Below the pieces are notes generated by a model that saw nothing but the letters and a program-made list of their open reading frames with translations, was not told the DNA's origin and made no database searches. From Octopus sinensis (taxonomy: Eukaryota): 15,540 nt of DNA. Shown in pieces: positions 8,034 through 15,540 of this stretch. Positions within the stretch are counted from its first letter, which is position 1. The number at the start of each line of letters is the position of its first letter. The DNA lies in the NCBI RefSeq assembly GCF_006345805.1, contig NW_021825410.1, forward strand, positions 1 through 15,540, given 5' to 3'. A program made the translations under genes and the position numbers.

Positions 8034-8121
8034 ATATACAATTTTTGACATCCGTCCTGTTAATAAATAGCTTTGGTTTTAAAAACGAATTATTTTCGTT
8101 AATTATATTTACCAAATAAAA

Positions 8122-8227
8122 ACTGTCGGCATTTTGAATGTCAACAATGTAATTATCAACATTTAACTGTCGGCGTTTTAAATGTCGACGATATATGGCT
8201 GCCAGCATTTTGATTTTCGGCATATTG
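8122..8227. repeat. Degenerate ~15-bp minisatellite, 7 units
   Basis: actgtcggcattttg / aatgtcaacaatgta / attatcaacattta / actgtcggcgtttta / aatgtcgacgatatatg / gctgccagcattttg / attttcggcatattg. Confidence 0.75.
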
Positions 8228-8394
8228 TTTGTACACGGTTAATTAACTGGACCTAATTCCAGCAGATTCTTTTCCTGAGACTGCGCTGTGTTTATAATTA
8301 GTATGTAGAACGGGTCCCTTGAGGTGTAATTCTACACTCTGTCCTCCAGCTCCACCTTCCATCTCCACTCAACACACACAATCATATATTGGCG

Positions 8395-8427
<33 letters not shown>

Positions 8428-8431
<4 letters not shown>

Positions 8432-8641
8432 TCGCCATGTTGATTCGCTAGCTTCTGCACGCATTTTTTTTCTCTCCTTGTTTCACTCCGTGTTTCTTTT
8501 CTGTGTATCTTTCTGTTGAAGAGCGTAGGCTCGAAACGTAAAAGACTTGTTTTATTTATATTCCTGAGCGCCATACTAATACAATTGTTTGTTTGTATTC
8601 CACCTGCCTTCGTCTTTTGTTTATTTTCATAAAGCTTCCCG

Positions 8642-8642
<1 letters not shown>
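8428..8642 (+). mobile_element. ~215-bp non-autonomous element flanked by (TA)n, resembling a Penelope-like pseudo-LTR
   Basis: (TA)n at 8398-8427 and 8643-8672; central hammerhead motif. Confidence 0.6.
8508..8545 (+). ncRNA. Minimal type I hammerhead ribozyme variant (predicted)
   Basis: TCTTT-CTGTTGA-A-GAGC(GTAG)GCTC-GAAA-CG-TA-AAAGA: 5-bp stem I, 4-bp stem II, loopless palindromic ACGT stem III, GUA site. Deviations are A6->U and one inserted A. Confidence 0.65.
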
Positions 8643-8674
<32 letters not shown>

Positions 8675-8700
8675 TGATTTTGATTGATTTTTGATTGATT

Positions 8701-8743
8701 TTTAGTTTCAGCTCATGAGCTGTGGCCATGCTGGGGCACCGCC
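8701..8743 (-). mobile_element. Isolated SINE/LINE 3' tail (GGCGGTGCCCCAGCATGGCCACAGCTCATGAGCTGAAACT)
   Basis: Homologous to the tails at 990-1020 (+) and 9361-9399 (-). Confidence 0.65.
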
Positions 8744-8796
8744 ATTTATACATTCAATATCAACTTTACTATATTCCTTCTTGTTTCTTGTCCCCC

Positions 8797-8797
8797 C

Positions 8798-8828
<31 letters not shown>

Positions 8829-8925
8829 GGCTCATATACACATACACACATATATACACAAGTACATGCACACACACACACATATATACATACATGTGTG
8901 TGTATTTGTGTGTATGTATATTTGT
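8797..8925. repeat. Mixed (CT)n/(CA)n/(TA)n/(TG)n microsatellite
   Basis: Direct reading. Confidence 0.85.
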
Positions 8926-8928
8926 ATA

Positions 8929-9098
8929 TACTTTTCTACTCGAGGCACAAGGCTGAAAATTTTCAGGGAGGGGTGGGGCAGTCGATTAGATCGGCCCCAG
9001 TACGCAACTGATAATTAATTTATCGACCCCGAAATTATGAAAGGTAAAGTCGACCTCGGCGGAATTTGAACTCAGAATGTAAAGACAGATAAAATACA
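8929..9098 (-). mobile_element. Family A-related SINE lacking the first ~46 nt, alternative tail (right monomer)
   Basis: Shares the B box and core with family A; tail resembles 7755-7793 and 7995-8033. Confidence 0.85.
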
Positions 9099-9340
9099 TA
9101 TTTCTTTACTACCCACAAGGGGCTAAACACAGAGAGGACAAACAAGGACAGACAAACGGATTAAGTGGAATATATCGATCACCAGTGCATTAAATTAAAT
9201 AACTAGTACTTAATTTATCGACCCCGAAAGGATGAAAGGCGAGGTCGACCTCGGCGGAATTTGAACTCAGAACGTAGCGGCAGACGAAATACCGCTAAGC
9301 ATTTCGCCCGGCGTGCTAACCACTCTGCCAGTTCGCTGCC
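9099..9340 (-). mobile_element. Full-length family A SINE (left monomer)
   Basis: Reverse complement of 583-812 with a ~10-bp AT-rich insertion near 9190. Confidence 0.92.
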
Positions 9341-9360
9341 TTGCAAATGTGTATATATAT

Positions 9361-9399
9361 TCTTTTATTCTTTGACTGCGGCCATGCTGGAACACCGCC
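9361..9399 (-). mobile_element. SINE/LINE 3' tail GGCGGTGTTCCAGCATGGCCGCAGTCAAAGAATAAAAGA
   Basis: Homologous to 990-1020 and 8701-8743. Confidence 0.7.
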
Positions 9400-9413
9400 T
9401 TTTATTTATATTC

Positions 9414-9449
9414 TGGCAGCGGTGGGATCCGAACCCACGCCTCCGAAGA
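9414..9449 (-). pseudogene. 3' half of tRNA-Leu (AAG/TAG type): variable arm, T arm and acceptor 3' strand
   Basis: Minus TCTTCGGAGGCGTGGGTTCGGATCCCACCGCTGCCA differs from the metazoan tRNA-Leu 3' half as I recall it (..TTCGAATCCC..) at one base. The GTGGG/CCCAC T stem is intact; no CCA follows. Confidence 0.85.
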
Positions 9450-9508
9450 TATATACACACACATAAATATAAAATTCTCTCTCTCTCTCTCGCTCGCTCT
9501 GTGCGTGT

Positions 9509-10058
9509 ATACATACATGCATCATGCGTACATACATACATACATACATTCATACATACGTACATACATACATACATGCATACATACATGCACGCATACA
9601 TACATACATACATACATTACATACATACATACATACATACACACCACCCTACCATACACCACCAACACATACATACATACACACACATACCATACACACA
9701 TACACACAAACATACATACATACAACATACATACACACACACACATACATACATACATACATACATACATACACCACACACATAACATACATACATACTA
9801 CATACATACACACACAATACATACATACATACATACATACATACATACATACATTCATACATACATTCATACATACATACATACATACATTCATACATTC
9901 ATTCATACATACATACATACATGCATACATACATACACACACACACACATACATACATTCAAACATACATACATACATACACACATACATACATACATAC
10001 ATACATACATACACACATACATACATACATACATACATACATACGTACATACATACAT
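9509..10058. repeat. (TACA)n array with degenerate CA-rich segment
   Basis: Direct reading. Confidence 0.95.
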
Positions 10059-10334
10059 ATATTGCTCATTCTTGGTCTCATCACCGAAGCAAATCTAATT
10101 CGCTGGCTGAGATCATCGAATAATCCCACAGCATGATCGATATCCTTTTACCATTTACCCCCAAAGACAAGTTCCACTCCTCTAACCTCATTTCTATATT
10201 CCACACCTCAAACCACCCGCCACCGCATCACCCTTCCACATGCCCCCCAAACCCCAGTTGATTAAATTAATTGGAGTTATCTCCCTTGTTTGTCAAGAAT
10301 TTTTTTTTTCTCTTTGTTAAAGATAGATGTCGTT

Positions 10335-11040
10335 GTAGTTGTGTGGCTCCCCCAGCAATGTGGTCTTGGGTTCAGTCCCCCTGTGAGGCACCTTGGGCAA
10401 GTGTCTTCTACTGTGGCCCCCAAACCACGTGGCTAGGTTTGAGAGACGGAAACTGAAAGGAAGCCAGTCGTGTGTATGTGTGTGTTGTATATAAATATAT
10501 ACGTATGTATGTATATCAATATGCATATATATATGTGTGGTGTTTTGTGTGTGTGTGTGTGTATGTTGTTGTGTGCGTGCGTGTATAGTGTATATATATA
10601 TATATAATATTATATATAATATATATATATTATATATATATATATATTATATATATATATGTATATATGATATATATATTACATAGATATGCGTTTATAT
10701 ATGTGATGTGTGGAGCGTATTTGTATGTGTGTATATATATGTATATTATATATATTTATATATCTACACGTGTGTGTGTGTGTGTATACTTACTTATGTG
10801 CGTATGTATATACGTGTGTGCCGTTGTGTTTGTAGCGCGATCATCGCTTGACAAACTTGTGTCGGTTTGTTTACGCCCCTGTAAACTTAACATTTCCCCC
10901 CACCCCACCCCACCCCACCCCACCCCACCCAAGAGATCGACGACAGAATAAGTACTGAGTGGGGTGGGGTGTTGGGTGTCAGTGTCGGGGGTAGGTGGGG
11001 GCCGATTCATTCAACAAAAACCCTTCGAGGCGGCTTACCC
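10335..11040 (+). mobile_element. Diverged family B SINE with expanded internal microsatellite (10471-10820)
   Basis: GGGTTCAGTCCCCCTGTGAGGCACCTTGGGCAAGTGTCTTCTACT ... GAGACGGAAACTGAAAGGAAGCC. The 3' half (CATCGCTTGACAA...AGAATAAGTACT...GGCGG) is assigned partly from a recalled consensus. Confidence 0.6.
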
Positions 11041-11474
11041 CCGCCCCAATATACCCCGCAATGAAACGAGTAACAGAGCAAAACTAAAAGCTAAAAAAAA
11101 ATAGACAGGAGAGATATAACCCAAAGGAAGTTTTCGTTTACTAATTACTCGCATGAATTTCAGCAAATCGAATCCTTTCGGCTCATGTACAGGTGATGTG
11201 GGACCCTAAGGTATTTCCTTCCTCCCACATTTAACCAATCTGCGAGAGACTACCCGCCCACGCCGCCCTAATCATCCTCATATGTTTGTATGTTGTTCGT
11301 CTGTTTTTGTCCAATGGTTTGGCAGACGACCAACTTAACACTCGTATTAACATATGGTTTCTGCTTTGTGGTTTCTGCTTCCACCCACACCTTTTCTTCT
11401 TCTTCTATTTTCATCTGTCTTCATCATCTTTAATCTATTTGGGGTATCTTTTCTTTTATTTTTTCTCGTTTGAA

Positions 11475-11619
11475 TCATCGTCGTCGTCGTCGCCGTCGCC
11501 ACTATCAACGCCATCGTCTTCATCTAGATCATCATCATAACCATCATCGTCATCATCTTAACCATTATTATCATCATCATAACTATCATCATCATAGCCA
11601 TCATCATTATCATCATAAC

Positions 11620-11692
<73 letters not shown>

Positions 11693-12010
11693 GTCACCAG
11701 CGTCATCGTCGTCGTCGTCATCATCACCATCATCGCTGTCACCGTCACCACCACCACCACAGCTGCCGTCTCTTCAGCAACGCCACCATTACAACACTCG
11801 CCCATACTATTATCATCCACACAGCCATCACTACCACCACCACCGCCACAACCACCTCTATTACCAGCACTCCCTTCTCAACCACCACCAACACTACCAC
11901 CACCATCATCACCACCACTACCACCACCACCACCATCACATCAAATACCAGCACCACCGCCGTCAGACCCCTCCACTACCTCTCCCACTACGACCACCAC
12001 TACTAACCAC
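11475..12010. repeat. (CAT)n/(CGT)n/(CAC)n trinucleotide array
   Basis: Direct reading; source of the poly-His ORF. Confidence 0.95.
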
Positions 12011-12131
12011 AATACCATAACCTACACCACAATTAGAACTAAACAGAAATCGCAGTCAAGTTCTCCTCCCTCGCATCACAGTTTCAAAAATAAAGAAGAC
12101 AAGGAAAGAACGGATCTGGAATAAGAAGTTT

Positions 12132-12838
12132 GGCTTAGAAGGATGGCTACGGTTGGAACGTCATTGACCAGGGGGGGGGTGATCTGGAGTAAACAATAAC
12201 GCCAAATATATCATCATCATCATCATCATCATAACATCACCACCAATACCATCGCCGCCATCTTCACCACCACCACCACCACAAACGTTACAATTGTAGC
12301 CCCCCCTACCTCCTCCCTTCCCTCGGCTTCCATCTCTTCTCCTCCTCCTCCTCCACCACCACCTCCTCCCTTTCATAAACTATATTTTAACTTGAAGGTC
12401 ATGTGACACATATATACAGTACAACTCTTTCTTTCTTTTCTTCTCTCTGTCAACATTTGGGACACGTCTCCAATCCCCCCCTCCACCCTCACCTCTCCAC
12501 ACCAACACTCGCCAACCTCCCACCACCAATCCCCCCATCCCTCGACACCAACACTATTATCACACCTGCTACTACTACTCGTAAAGTTTAGATGGCCATG
12601 GTCGGAACGCCATTGACCACAGGTCTGCCTGACCGGGCTAAACAACAATAATACCGAAATCACCACCACCACCACCGTTTCACCACCACCATCACATCCA
12701 TCACTATCACCATCATTATCATCATCACAACCACCACCACCACCGCCATCACCACCACCACTACCACCACCACCACCGTACCACCACCATTACTACTACT
12801 ACTACTACTACCAATACTATAACTACTACTACCCCTAT

Positions 12839-12871
<33 letters not shown>

Positions 12872-13520
12872 CACTACTACTACTATTACTACTACTCGCA
12901 AGTTTAGGTGGCCATGGTTGGAACGCCATTGACTATAGGTCTTCTTGACCGCGCTTGACAGCAATAACACACAAACCATCACCACCCCCACCATCATCAC
13001 CCCCCCCCACCACCATCACCGTCACCACCACTACTGCTACTACTGGTCGCAACTGTTGTCCAAACACTGCAACACTAACACCAACTTCAACGCGATTAGT
13101 ACCACTACTATAGTCACAACAACTACTACTATCGCATGTACCACCACCACTGTTACTACTACTACTACTATTACTACTACTACTACTACCACTACTACTA
13201 CCACTACTATTACTACCACTACTACACCAGCACTAACTACAAAATGACCACTACTTTAGCTGTAACGCCACTACCAGTACTACTACACAAAACACACCAC
13301 TACATACAATACCAATACTAGTATTACCAATATTAGTATTACAGTAGTAACACCATAACAGTACAAATGCTGCTGTATCAACACCAGCACCACTACCACA
13401 ACTGCAAGACACATACCACTACGACAACACCCGTTACTACATTACAAGAGCCATGGCGCACCGTCGCCGTCGCCGTCGCCGCATCTGGCTTCGAGAAGAT
13501 GGCCGTCGGAACGCGTCATC
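12132..13520 (+). repeat. Three to four copies of a ~70-bp core separated by (CAC)n/(CAT)n/(CTA)n arrays
   Basis: Cores at 12132-12200, 12579-12652, 12895-12967 and partially 13487-13520 share GATGGCCATGGT(C/T)GGAACGCCATTGAC..AGGTCT....GACC...CTAAACAACAATAA. Confidence 0.8.
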
Positions 13521-13559
13521 GCCGTGAAATATCGTTGGAAGGACCGCAACGCCTACTGA

Positions 13560-14599
13560 ATGAGAGGAGATTGGAGGAGTTGTGTAGGGGGGATTGGGTA
13601 GAGGAGAAGGAATAGAGAGGGAATGATGGAAAGTGAGAGGGGAGGAGAGAGAGAGATGAGAGTGTGAGGGAGAGAGATGGAGATGGAGAGAGAAAGAAAT
13701 AGCGGGAGAGAGAAGTAGCAGGAAAGAGTGTGAACGAGTGAGAGGGAAAGAGAGAGAGCGAGAGAAAGAAATAGCGGGAAAGAGAGTAAGGTAGAGAGAT
13801 GGAAAGAGAAATAGTGGGGGAAAGAGTGTGTGAGAGAGAGAGAGAGAGAAGTAGAGAGAAAGAGTGTGAATGGATAAGAGGGAAAGAGAAAGAGCGAGAG
13901 AAAGAAGTAGCGGGAAAGAGAGTGTGTGAACGAGTGAGAGGGAGAGAGAGAAAGAGAGTAAGGAGAGAGATGGAAAGAGAAATAGCGGGGGAGAGAGTGT
14001 GAGAGAGAGAGAGAGAGAGAAGTAGAAAGAAAGGGAGTGAGGGAGAAAAGAGTGAATGAGAGAGATGGAGAGATACAGAGGGAGAGAGAGAGAAAGAAAA
14101 GGTGTGAATGAGAGAGATGGAGAGAGAAATAATGGCAGAAAGAGGGAGAAAGTGAGCAAGAAAGATGGAGAGAGAAATAGAGCGAGGTAGAGTGAACGAA
14201 AGAGAGGGAGAGACAGATGGAAATAAAGGAAGTGAGAGAGGGAGTAAATGGGAGGGGGAGACTGTGTGGGAAGAAATGCAACAGTAAGTGTTAGTGAAAG
14301 CAAACAGAAGCAAGTGTTAAGAGGGAGGCAGAGGGAGAAAGAGCGTAAGGCAGAGTGGATTATTCGATAGAAACAGGGTGAAAGAGAGAGGGTGAGGGAG
14401 AAAAGGAGAAAGAAAGAAATAGAGATAGAGAGGTAAGAGGAAGGCACGGAGGATGATGAAAGACATGTGTGAGAGAGGGAGGAGGTTGAATAGTAATAGT
14501 GGGAGTTGGTGAAAAAGAGAGAGAAACAGAATAAATTGGAAGAGAGAGTGTTCAATGGATACAATGAGAAAGACAGACTGAAAGATAGAGGGGAAGGAG

Positions 14600-14650
<51 letters not shown>

Positions 14651-14868
14651 CAGACGACAGATAGATATTAGATAGAGAGAGAAAAGGAGAGAGTAATATG
14701 TGAGAGGCAGTGAGAGACAGAAATAGCAGAAGCCGAGAGAGATTATGGAAGCAGAGAAGGGATAGAAAATAGTAATATATGAAAGGATGAAATAGATATA
14801 ATATAGCGAGGCAAAAGATGGATGGAGAGAGGAGGGGGAGAAACGAGTAAAAACAGAGGCAGAGGGAA

Positions 14869-14911
<43 letters not shown>

Positions 14912-14920
14912 GAGGCACTG
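13560..14920. repeat. ~1.35-kb GA-rich polypurine tract with an internal ~172-bp higher-order repeat
   Basis: GAGAGTAAGG..AGAGATGGAAAGAGAAATAG recurs at 13782 and 13954. Confidence 0.9.
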
Positions 14921-15204
14921 AGTCACATAATAAGAATAGAATGAGAGGGAGTCGGGTTGTGCATGTTGTGTGGATAGAAATTAAAGAAAAATATAAAAAA
15001 GAATAAGAAATTGTTGGTGTTGCTGTTGTTGTTGTTGTTCTTTATAAACCTTCAGTAGGTCATCTTTAATTGACCAGACAGACCCATCTATCTATAGATA
15101 TATATATAGTACTTACGTACTATGTATATTCGTATAGATAGACAGGTCTATCAGACAGACTATAGGATATCTATACATCTATGGTTTAGAATTAGAATAG
15201 TAAG

Positions 15205-15540
<336 letters not shown>

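Noticed and set aside
11470-12006. His/Thr-rich 178-aa ORF
   Set aside because: Pure CAT/CAC repeat translation starting at a non-ATG codon; no domain or splice support.
12132-13520. Repeat-spacer-like layout that might suggest CRISPR
   Set aside because: Repeats are diverged and irregularly spaced, the spacers are microsatellites, there are no cas genes and the sequence is eukaryotic.
13437-14918. 493-aa Ser/Leu/Phe-rich ORF, the longest in the window
   Set aside because: Reverse translation of the GA tract; open because polypyrimidine sequence rarely makes stops.

Overview
Repeat-saturated, AT-rich eukaryotic DNA, probably intronic or intergenic. The tRNA-derived SINE families match ones I recall from Octopus (cephalopod) genomes; this is recognition, not a database result. 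No intact protein-coding gene is supportable, and nearly all supplied ORFs are translations of microsatellites or SINEs. Recognisable content: a decayed hAT (Buster/ZBED-like) transposase fragment, a LINE endonuclease remnant, the 3' end of an R4/Dong-like retrotransposon in (TAA)n, about 10 SINE copies or fragments (nested, tandem, dimeric, rearranged), a tRNA-Leu 3' half, a near-consensus CTCF motif and long simple-repeat arrays. The strongest novel signal is two unrelated ~220 bp non-coding elements, each embedded in (TA)n and each carrying a minimal type I hammerhead-ribozyme fold with a palindromic stem III, as in Penelope-like elements and retrozymes. One of them sits in a foldback inverted repeat. 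Noisy repeat tracts from about 9.5 kb onward could partly be long-read assembly error.
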